A stretch of 64,000 nt of DNA from the NCBI RefSeq assembly GCF_037042905.1, contig NC_087250.1, positions 23,376,001 through 23,440,000 of the forward strand, read 5' to 3'. Made by a program: the position numbers and the translations under genes. This document shows, piece after piece, positions 53,731 through 64,000 of the stretch (positions within the stretch are counted from its first letter, which is position 1; every line of letters starts with the position of its first letter). The notes beneath the pieces are model-generated. The model did not search any database, was not told the origin of the DNA, and was given only the letters and a program-made list of their open reading frames with translations. The stretch is from Lytechinus pictus. Its lineage: Eukaryota.

Positions 53731-54469
53731 TTGGATGAGAGCAATGAGAACACATTTTCGTTATTATTTTTTTCTTCAATTAGTCTATTTCATCCTCTTT
53801 GCCACCCCCCCCCCCTTACCCCCCCCCACACACACATACACACCCTTACACTAATGCATGCATCCTGTTAGAGATGAAAATCATTGTTACAATCATAATG
53901 CAAATGCATGAATGAAAGGAGAAGTCAATGACATACGAGCACTAATGAAGAAAATAATATTAGAGAAATGTATCAATGAAGTTTTCTGATATAGGTTTCA
54001 TGGTACAGCGTGGACCTTTCTTGGACCTAAAATGGACAATCCAATGCTAAAAGCAAGATTTGGAGATTTTATTGATTTTTGTCAATTAAAAACTTGTGAT
54101 ATTTCACATATTAAATCTCATTGATATTTTTAATGGGTCCTCACGATATTTTTTCATATATACAATAAATAATGATTATTTATTGAATGCATAAGTAAGA
54201 TCTTTTTCAATTTTCCAGAGAAAACAGCACATTAACATAAGTTAATATTGGCTTGGGCTTTATTTCCCTTTAAATGAATAGTTTGCATCACATTGTCCAG
54301 CACTGCCAATATTGGAATTCACTACAATTCTCAGATTATGTTAAGTGATGCTACTTAGTTTAAACACATAATTACAACTGCCAAATTTCATCAATTTGGA
54401 CAGATCTATCTTATAATCACCTCATCAAGAGTGCAAACTCTGAAATTATCCTCACCGAATTACTCATCG

Positions 54470-54800
54470 ACCCTAATTAATACACCTTCACTAGTGCCAT
54501 ATAACCAACACACGCAGGTTATACGAGTGGCTTTAACCCACAGACAGTAATAGCCTATATTCCCCTGGGGAGCGTAATTAATGGTAATTAACAGCAATTA
54601 ACCCACATTGATATCAACGACCAATTTACGCATGCGGTAGCAGCATTACTAGTGCTGTATCAAACTTCGGGGTGACTCCCCTATACCCCCGTGTGTTTTA
54701 TGTATCATTGTATTAGCAGCTTTCGGCTAATGTGTATCATAATGCGCGCTGGCGGGCTAATTAAGACATAATACAGCGTGATTAGATAGAAGGGAGGTAT
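54470..54800. promoter_or_regulatory. Homeodomain-site-rich candidate enhancer
   Basis: TAATTA at about 54474, 54575, 54585 and 54758, plus CAATTA, in a CpG-richer unique segment. Confidence 0.35.
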
Positions 54801-54894
54801 AAAACGAACTAACAGGTTTTAGAGTTGTCGGTGTGATGACATAGCTAATGGTTGAATGTTCCGCCAATAATTTGTAGAGAGTGTGAATGAAGCT

Positions 54895-55024
54895 TGGAGG
54901 CATTACATGAAACAAAAAGTCAATGATTCTTCACAGAGTATTTGTTATAAGCTACTGAAAGCCTTGCATCTGATTGGCTCAGAGCTAAATAGTCAGTGAA
55001 GATTTGTTTCATGAAATGCCCCCC
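54895..55024 (-). mobile_element. CCAAT-carrying short MITE
   Basis: Homolog of 53601-53730. Confidence 0.75.
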
Positions 55025-55192
55025 ACGACCAAAAACCTGCTCAATGCAATATAGTTGAATATTCTTGATTAAACTGTAAGTGTTAAAAGATAGTTTGTGA
55101 ATTTCAAAATATTGCAAAAGAACAGGACTTTTGGAAATCTGCTCTTTCTGTATAAAAGGAATTCTTGAAATTTATAGATGCATTTACTCAAA

Positions 55193-55670
55193 AGGTGGTT
55201 TCAGAACGCCTCGAAGTTCGCCAGTTCCAGGTATTCTCTGATCGGGAAATTTACCCCGATCAGAAAATACCAGGTATTTTGGCGGTGTGAAAGCAAACTA
55301 CGCGTAATATCCCCGAAAGAAAATACCCGATAAATAGTAGGTACTTGGCGAAATTACGAGAACTTTCGCGGGGATTTTTCCAAGGTCGTGGGTATTTTGG
55401 CGGTCTGAAAGCAAATTACGGGAACTTTTAGCCCAGCGTGTCGTTGGGTGCGGCGCCGTGCATGGGTTGCTGCTGGGCTAGTGATTTTGAATTTCGCGCC
55501 TTGCTGCTTATCAGACCATACTGCGCATGCTCGTAACTTCAGGAACTTATCCCGAAGGGTATGTTTCAGGGCGGTGTGAATGCAGGAATAATTAATGGGT
55601 ATTTTTCAGCCTAAAAAAGTTCTTGTAATTTAACGGGGATTCTTGTGATCGAGGCGGTTTGAAACCACCT
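55193..55670 (+). mobile_element. ~476-bp PIF/Harbinger-like MITE, copy 3 of 3
   Basis: Same TIRs as 21667-22142; 3-bp TSD AAA. Confidence 0.92.
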
Positions 55671-55797
55671 AAAGAGTGATCAGCGATCCTACTCGGAGAG
55701 GGGGGGGGAGGGTCATTTCAACATTAATCTAACTAGTTGTAACTGAACTTTATGGGGAGGGGGAGGGCTCAAGACGGGGAAAAAAGTTTTAGAACAA

Positions 55798-55886
55798 TCA
55801 CTTACCTAATGAATGCAAACAGATTGAGTAGAAGCGGCAGTACAGCAATATGAAAAGAAGAGAGAAAAAATGAAATTGAGTTAGAA
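55798..55886 (-). other. Candidate recursive splice site (zero-length exon) RS-1, junction 55806/55805
   Basis: Minus strand reads TTCTAAC-TCAATTTCATTTTTTCTCTCTTCTTTTCAT-ATTGCTGTACTGCCGCTTCTACTCAATCTGTTTGCATTCATTAG|GTAAGTGA. Branch-like A at 55881; no other AG in 55808-55926. Confidence 0.75.
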
Positions 55887-56401
55887 ATATAAATAAAGAT
55901 AATCAACAAATAATATATTTTCATTTCTCATGAAAAAAATGAAAATCAAAATGTTCAATACAAAACCACTAATCCAGTACGATCTTAAGAAATAGATTTG
56001 GTTACTTTCGAGAGCTTGGGAAAACAGAGGGAATATTGAGAATGGTTGGTCATTTATGACTTTCAGAAAATAATTATTGCGGAACAAATAAAATATTAAT
56101 CTGTTTCACCACCCTACATCACATCAAAGGCAAGCTTTTTTTCTCAATATAATTCAATATAAATGAACAAACAAAATCACACCTCATACTGTGTCCTATA
56201 ATAATTGTATAATATGTTACACCTTACAAGGCAACTTCTCTATGTGTATCTCCTTTACATAACAGTATTAATATTATCAATCATTAGATTGAAATGTTTA
56301 CACAATAGAGCAATATAAAATATAGTTTTTATGATATATAGAATGGTTACAATGTGGGTGTACATATTTTGCTACCAGGGTGTAAGAGGCCACTTCTTTA
56401 A

Positions 56402-56795
56402 AGCTAAATGAACGTAGTTGCAGTAAAACACTGATTTCGTCAGAAAGTCTGTAAAACCAAGGTAAAGTATTGATATATCATCGTGGATCTAGATCTGGTA
56501 CAGTTACATAAACTGAACTTTGTGAAATCATAATATCTAGTTAAAAAACGATCACACTGAAGATCGCCAACACAGATAGGCACACGTGGGACAGTGTATT
56601 ATTATTGCTGGAATAAAGATCCGACGGAAGTGACCGAATCCGCGCTTATTTTGCTTATTTCTCAGCAATTACACAATTTCTTCCAGAATCCTTTGGCACA
56701 TATTTTTTATTCATACAAACAGACACTTTGGTGATCATTATATTAAATTCTGTAAAAAGTCATTTTGAGATCGTTCCCAAAACTGGAATTTACCT
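56402..56795 (-). mobile_element. Kolobok-like (TTAA-target) non-autonomous element
   Basis: TTAA|AGCTAAAT ... ATTTACCT|TTAA; inverted copy of 16125-16517. Confidence 0.88.
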
Positions 56796-58426
56796 TTAAG
56801 CTACAAAACTTTTTTTCATTTCTCTCGGTCGAAAAAGGTGAAATATTCAGAATTGAGAATAAGCTGTTATTCTAGATGAATAGTTTAGAATGGTTACAAA
56901 GGGGGATGATATGCCAAGCAGGTTTTTGCGTGATTTTGAAGGCTTTGTTGAAACCAGCATGAGATATAGCATATCATATCCCCTCCGCTGTGCTGTACAA
57001 TAGTATTGTATGATACGCGGATGGAGAGGGTCACATGGGCTCATTCAGATGGGGAAAATAATCACAAATGCGGTACAAGAATAGTTAGTTTTTAAAGCAT
57101 GCTTAGATTTAGTATGCAATTTTCATCATCTGGTACCTGTTTAATTTAATTAAGTTAAAAATATTGTAACTTTGCCTATTTGGTAACTACCATGACAACC
57201 TTGATTGTGATTGGCTGCTGAGAAATGTTACCATGGTAATTAATAGCAAAAATGGAAAAGTTATCGTAATCATTAGTCTTTATGAGGCTGGCTCCGAAAC
57301 ACAATAAAATTTGTCACTGTTTTGTTATATGTTCTGTGAGTATTTTACAAATATGAATTTTAAAAAATGATGAATCTTTCAAGTCAACATTTAGTTAACA
57401 TTTTCCAATAGTCTAAATAGGCTTTAAATACGTTTGAACAAAGTATACATGTCAGTGCGGATGAATGGTAAAATAAGACTGTGTGCCAAAGCGGAAGATA
57501 TTACATTATTTCTTCCCGAGCGATAAAAGAGAATTAAAAATAATAAAACGTGAGAGAGATATATGCGTAGGAGATTGCGAGATCGTTGGAGGGTCGTTGG
57601 TGGATTGGCAATTCTTCCACTTGGTTGACCCGTAAAGCAAAGGCTTGCTGCAGAGAGCAGAAGTAGATGTTAACCTTGTAGAGTGGCAAGAGGCATTGGG
57701 GGTCGCATGACATCTATGACCACTCTCGTCTCGTATATAGATCTCAACGACGCTTTTGAGGTGAACCGCGAGTCAGCGTGGAATAAATTACATTGTGTTT
57801 TGATTGGTAAAAGAAATGAAAACATTTCGGTGCTATAGTGTGGCTTTAATGATGTTAGTTTTGCAATATTATTTTGTTGAGTGGTTATTGAAGGAATGGG
57901 TTGTCAATAACGATTGATTTCATATGGGGAAATGTCATGATGGGTGAAGCTTAGTGCTGTAAGAGTATCGGGTTAATGCTGTTTATTTAAAGAAGTTAAG
58001 CTGTCATATAAAAGTACTGATTAAAGTTTGATTATTGCAATGACAGGTGGACACAGCAAAATTGTTGAGAAGAATCCTCATCTAATGATATACATTATGC
58101 AGTGTACTAAAAAAGTTACAACTTAGAAATCAAACCGTTATCCTCAGAATCACAGTCATTAAAAGTAGATTGAGACACGGATTAGTACATGTACATATAG
58201 GATATTTTAGAGAGATTATGGGCTAACTTACAAAAAAAAATAGAATAAAAAATAAGGAGCATTCACATTCCTTTCCTCTTTTCTTCCAGGCAATATGCAC
58301 TCTCAATTCAATTCCTCTCTGCTAAAAATTACCACTCTTCTCTTCGTATACAAATATATCGCAGATCAATAGATGTTGTTGTTCATATTGTCTTGTGAAC
58401 TTGAATTAATTCAATCTAAATAGATC

Positions 58427-59095
58427 CTAACCCTGCACCGCAATGTGCAGCAATTGATCAAAGAACTGGGCCCAGTCTTACAAAGAGTTACGATTGATCC
58501 AATCAATCACAAGTATGGAAAGCCTTGAATGTCAACATCTGGGCCCTGTCTTGCTAAGAGTTACTTTTGATCCAATCAATCGTAACTCTATGAAAATCCA
58601 TCAGTGTCATAATTTTTCTACAGAAAATTTGCAACATGTTCTTTGTAAACAAAGGAAAACACACAAAAATTGTCAAGAAATCTATGACTTTATGGATATA
58701 CATTCATATCTAGAAATTTTTTTGAACAAACATGCATTTCGTGTTTTCTTTGCTGGCTTTCCATAGTTGCAATTGATCGGATTAATCGCAACTCTTTGTA
58801 AGATGGGCCCCTGAAATGCGAATTTGTTCAAAATATTTTCTATGATGTAGTCATACATGGTTTTCTTGAAAATTCAGTGTGCTTCTTTTTGTTTACAAGA
58901 CATTTTTTAACTTTCTTATAGAGAAAATATTATTACAATACTGTATTTCCACAGAATTGCGATTGATCGGATCAATCGTAACTCTTTGTAAGACGGGGCC
59001 CAGATTTTTGCGATTGATCATACATGATAATTCATGCAACCAATCGTAGAAATCAGACCGATTATCAATCGCTAAGCTTTAAGTAACAGGGTCTG
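58427..59095. mobile_element. Triple-nested MITE cluster
   Basis: Outer short MITE (58427-58468 + 59004-59095) contains a GGGCCC MITE (58469-59000), which contains an inverted copy of its own family (58542-58810, CTG TSD). Confidence 0.85.
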
Positions 59096-59379
59096 GTCTT
59101 TATTGTCCTTGATTTTTTTTCTTGTTGTTGTACCTGTATTATAATTTGATTTCTACTTTTGAATTACTATGTAATTAAATTGCATCTGAATATGTCCTTC
59201 TATGCATATAAAAGCATTAATATCATAGGTGATACTGCTTTAAATACTAATTCTCTTGCGATCCAAACATATTCCATCTCATCGCTAACAAGGACGAATG
59301 AACAATCTTATCAAAAGTAATAATCCACTTAAAATTTGATAAAGCTCTGATTAGAATGCCTTGATGCTCGACCAATCTC

Positions 59380-59680
59380 GTCATCTCATGATTCCAGCCC
59401 AGCATTCTCATCCCAACCAACATCCAGTCGAAACAGATGATATCTCATCTGTTGCCATGGCAACTGAATTTGTCGCTTATTTGAGCAGGAGGGAGGGAGA
59501 GGGAGCGAATGAATGAAATTTGCCGGTAAAGGTCGGCCGCCGAACGCTGGAGGTATATATAGAGGCGCACCCCACTAATTTCATTGTCATTATCGTGCAA
59601 TGTCGTCTTAATTACTGAATTGTGAATATTGCGCGAGAGATCGCTGTTCAGTCACGTCATATGATCTACATGCACATGTC
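59380..59680. promoter_or_regulatory. Candidate enhancer/promoter with perfect X-box and paired E-boxes
   Basis: AACAGATGA-TATC-TCATCTGTT (59432-59453) overlapping GTTGCCATGGCAAC (59451-59464); GC-rich stretch; TATATATAG at about 59554. Confidence 0.45.
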
Positions 59681-61945
59681 TCAGTGACTTCATACTGATA
59701 AGCTCATACATACTGTGTAGATATGGTCATAGTAACTAATGAGTAAAGATATTCATTCTAGGGTATTTCTTAGTTTTACATTTATTCCAATTATATAATG
59801 AGCACACTGAAATAACTTCAATCAAGGACTGAACCTTCTTACTAACATTCATTAAATTAAAGTCGAGTGCTTCCACCATTTAGCAACTGATGACATCTCA
59901 ACATCAGTGGTGTAATGAGGGTGCTTGTTTCTTCTGGTTGCTACAAAAGCAGAAGTGCTTGTAAGCAAGTAACCAGAGGACCAAAGGCTAAAGATCCTCT
60001 CCAAGGGACCTGGTTTCGAGTATAAATGCCCTAGATAAGAACTAAACCTGGGTCAAATGATTTGTGAAATCACCCCTCTACCGATTGAGCTTTCATATCC
60101 CCCTCCCTCCTTAAAAAGTTGATGCTCACGAATTAACTACAGCCAATTAACTTAAAGCAAAAAAAGTTCAGGGTGTGCAGTGCACTCATTTTGGGGCAGT
60201 ATGCCATAAGCAGGGGTGCCTCTCATCAAAGCAATTACAGAAAAAAAATGTGCCGCCCAGCTAGAAATCGAACATCCATCACCCATCTCATCTTATCAAA
60301 CATGAACCAAAAATACAGAATAGAAGCCATCAGACGTGTTTATGAATACCGATTTCTGCATTGCCAGGAGGCGATATTGAGATAATTTTTCTAATATTTA
60401 CGCAAGACTTTAAGTGGTTCTTGAGACCAATATCATTTCCATACGATGCACTTATCGGTTGAGGCATAGAGGTTCATCAAGGTTTTGAAGTAAAATCTTT
60501 CTTTAAAAGAAAAAAATAAGTTTTTTTAATTCAAAAACAAAATAAGCTGTTTTTAAGAAATAGTAAGCCTTAATCAAGAACTTAAAAGGGGAAATTTAGC
60601 AATATATGACAAATCTTATAATCAAAGCACTTTTATTTCGAATCTCTTTTGGAAAAATTGCTTTTCAAAGTGAATTATCATCAGGTGGCTAGAAGAAAAA
60701 GGAAAGTTTAAAGCCAAATTTTCCTTTAATTTTATATTTTCAAAACAAAAATTGAATGAAGAGGTTCAAACAAACATTGAAACAAAGGTAGGTGCTTTCA
60801 AAACAATTAAAAACATCACATTTCTTTATGTGAACACATCGCCTGGCGACAGGGAAGCTAAGCCTATTTTGAAAGCGGCAGAAAGTAGCAACTGCAGGAA
60901 TTCGACTGGGGGGAGATAATCCGAAAACTTCAATATTTGTAGAAAACAGCTTTAACAAATAGTGCACATGAACTTCCAAATCTGTCACACCTTAACTACA
61001 ATGAAATAAAAAAGAAAAAGACTTAAACTTCAGAGCCTTTGAGAAATAGTTTTATTTTTCAAAATAAAAAGTGCAGTAAACCACAAGCCCTGAAAAGTGC
61101 AGAAACTTCTCTCCATTGTATCGACATGGGCAAAAAAAGTTCAGAGACTTAGGTGTTCCCCAACACCGATGCCGCAACAAATTAACGAAGAATACCCAAT
61201 AATTATGCCACAAATTCGAAAGGAAATGAGCGATAAAGATAGAATTATCTCCCATTGCTATCACTGTGAACAGCAGACATGGAATTCAGTTAGCGCCTCG
61301 TAAGGAATACAAACCAAATGATTTGTGACTTATTCTATTAAACAAGACACCATACATCACCACAAATGTCGATCAAAGGGACAATGATTCGTAAAAGTCG
61401 TTATGATAATGGCGACACCAAAAACGACTTTATTCCTGATTTTTCATTTTTCCATGGTTGATGTAACATCAGAATACTCAAAGATAAATACCTGCTCAAC
61501 ACAGAGGGATGAGTTCATATAAAGAATAACTACTTTCAAGCTCGACAAACGTCGACCATCTTTGTGACTGATTAATGATCCATTTCAAATGCAATTTGGG
61601 TATCAATAGACGACCCTCTCACAATCGTATCTCCAAAAGCAAACTTCTAACACAAATAGAAGAAATACTCAAAGACCAGATATCACAGATGATCAAGTCT
61701 AGCACATTTCTGTCTCATTATCTCTTTCTCCATTTGACTGATTTTCCATTAACATGTATGTTCATGTTCCCTACTGTAAAAAGGTGTAGATTTTTTCATT
61801 TATAAAATTACCTATTGCAATAAAAGTTGAAGTTCAAGTCAAATATCAAAACTTCAATTATGTCGAGTAGCAGCAATTGTATGATGATCCACATGTTAGC
61901 CATCTCAGTAGTTGGATAAAGCACCATTAGGTCAAGTGCCACATT

Positions 61946-62240
61946 ATAATAATATTAATAATTATAATAAGCATTTATATAGCGCCATCTATCTAGAAAT
62001 AATCTATTCAAAGGCGCATTGTTTATTATTATTACCCCGGCTTTAGCTCGAGCTGCCTTTCATTGGTCAGTGCGTTCAAGGACTTAATCCTGCTGGGTAG
62101 CCATTCACCTCACCTGGGTTGAGTGCAGCACAATGTGGATAAATTTCTTGCTGAAGGAAATTACGTCATGGCTGGGATTCAAACCCACGACCCTCTGTTT
62201 CAAAGTCAGAAGACTAATCCACTGGGCCACAACGCTCCAC
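61946..62240 (-). mobile_element. tRNA-derived SINE, family 2 (full length with AAT tail)
   Basis: Minus strand GTGGAGCGTTGTGGCCCAGTGG (A box), GGTTTGAATCCC (B box) and core CAACCCAGGTG; tail shared with the fragment at about 24256-24315. Confidence 0.82.
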
Positions 62241-62411
62241 TGATTATCCTAATTCTATCATCAACATTATACTACAACAATGCTCATTGAGCTGGTGATT
62301 ATATTCATAACATAATTCTAATCTAACAAGAAATCAAATCAAAATTCATAGCTTTTCTGGAAGTCTTAAATGGATCAGTAGCATGGTAAATATTGCCAGC
62401 ATCGAATTCTA

Positions 62412-62636
62412 CACATAGTAAAAATGCTGTTTAAAACTTTTATACAAAGCTATTTACATAGAACCTTACAGCAGTTGGTTTAACAGTTTAAACAAGTATT
62501 TAAAATCTTAAACGACAAAGTTTGATTTTTAAGATCTATTTCACAATAATTCAAGCAGGGTTGTTTAATCTGTTAAACAACTATTGTTAGGTTATAAGCA
62601 GAGTTAAATACAATTTTAAACAGCTTTTTCCCTGTG
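62412..62636. mobile_element. CACAGTAAAAA-type MITE
   Basis: CACATAGTAAAAATGCTGTTTAAAA ... TTTTAAACAGCTTTTTCCCTGTG. Confidence 0.7.
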
Positions 62637-63526
62637 CATCATACTTATAGTTTTCTTAGCTGCATTACGCATACACATGCATTACAATTCTATATGTATA
62701 ATTCTATTATTATCATTTTATATGTATAATTGTATTAGGCATGTATACCTTGTACACAGAATTCTATAATATGCATTACACACGTGAGTTTGTTGATTTT
62801 CCAAAGATGTACCTTCACACACATCTATCATCTTTCTATACTCACACAGAACACGTCTGAGGATAATTCTATTGATAATTACGACCAACTTACACTTCAT
62901 TACATTTTACGACAAGAGCTAATATGTCTAGATACAGCTAAGAAGCTTCGTCGGTATCTATGACGTTACAAGTATTATGACTTTGACTTTAATAAATATT
63001 GTCTGTTACAGCAAAAAGGATGTAAAATGTGACCCAAAGTAGAGGATTTAATTTCCCTTTTGCTCTCAACTTCCAATTTATGGCATTCATAACATCTAAG
63101 AAAGCCGAGTTATCTATAAATTCAGGCGTAAACTATGTACATGTACCAGGCTATACCTATTCTGTGTCAAATGCATTTCTATATTGAGTTCAAGCTGTGA
63201 CATTTACATTGACTGTCAGAGTATTTTGTGTTTTTATTCTTTATTGAATTGAATTTATTTGCATTTTCAAACCAAAAACCAAAAACATCATGAAGTAAAA
63301 TGAGAATCCATTCCAGGAAAGAAAAAATCATTTTTAAAAGTATTTGAAGGGTTTACTCTTAATCTGCAACATTGGATAGGCTTAAACATTGCGACGATGT
63401 ATAGGATTATTCAGGACTCCTTTTTTAGTTTCCTTTTGAGCATTTTAAGGGGTGAAATCGCCCCAAGCCCCCATGTAATTTTCCCCTGATCCATTTATGT
63501 TCCAGGATTCTGATTTTAAAGTCTTG

Positions 63527-63661
63527 CTAGGTCCCATAAAACAAAGGTTAGTGATCGATTGAATGCTTGATTTTTATGACTGATTGTACATTATAGTCAA
63601 TGCAATCAATTGTAGATAAATGTTCTATTATCATTGCTAAGCTTTGTGTCACGGGCCCTAG
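63527..63661. mobile_element. Short GGGCCC-terminal MITE
   Basis: Homolog of 38242-38377. Confidence 0.7.
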
Positions 63662-64000
63662 ATGGGTAATAAAACACCCCTTTATATTCCAGTCCGACTT
63701 CAAAGTCTTGTTACGAGCAGGGTCGATGCCATGCGAACGCAGTGAACAACAGCCCAGTGGGTGTTCAGACTTAAACCTCAAATCACCATTACTAATCATC
63801 AAAAGGACGGATCCTTACCCTATTCTCTGAACCATCACTCCTTCACGACTTGTCGCTCTATCAAAACAAAATCGTCCCTCATCCCATCAATAGAATATCA
63901 AGGATCTATTCAAACGGGTATCACACAGCCAGGTGCAAGCGTTTGCTTAATTAGTTCCATTTTCCCCCCTCCCTTGATAACATTCCTAAATTCTTTACCG

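Noticed and set aside
61806..61850. Minus-strand TAG|GTAATT
   Set aside because: Weak donor, short AG-free zone and weak pyrimidine tract.

Overview
AT-rich eukaryotic, essentially non-coding DNA. The repeat content (tRNA-derived SINEs, many short terminal-inverted-repeat (TIR) MITEs, GCTCGCGCTTCGCGCTCG arrays) resembles sea urchin genomes; this taxonomic guess is an inference. No credible protein-coding exon was found. The long ORFs come from microsatellites or low-complexity tracts, and the only protein-like stretch is a LINE ORF2 C-terminal remnant at about 48385-48576. The rest is hAT-, PIF/Harbinger- and Kolobok-like non-autonomous elements and TA-target MITEs (several nested), two SINE families, micro/minisatellites and CpG-richer unique islands with RFX, E-box and homeodomain motifs. 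The main discovery is three non-homologous minus-strand sites (junctions 55806/55805, 28511/28510, 15536/15535) where a 3' splice site directly abuts a consensus 5' splice site (YAG|GTAAGTGA), i.e. candidate recursive splice sites / zero-nucleotide exons. Each has a branch-point-like motif 72-80 nt upstream, a displaced polypyrimidine tract, a TGC-containing spacer and an 87-119 nt AG-free zone. This microexon-like layout suggests the window lies inside a giant minus-strand intron that is removed in steps.
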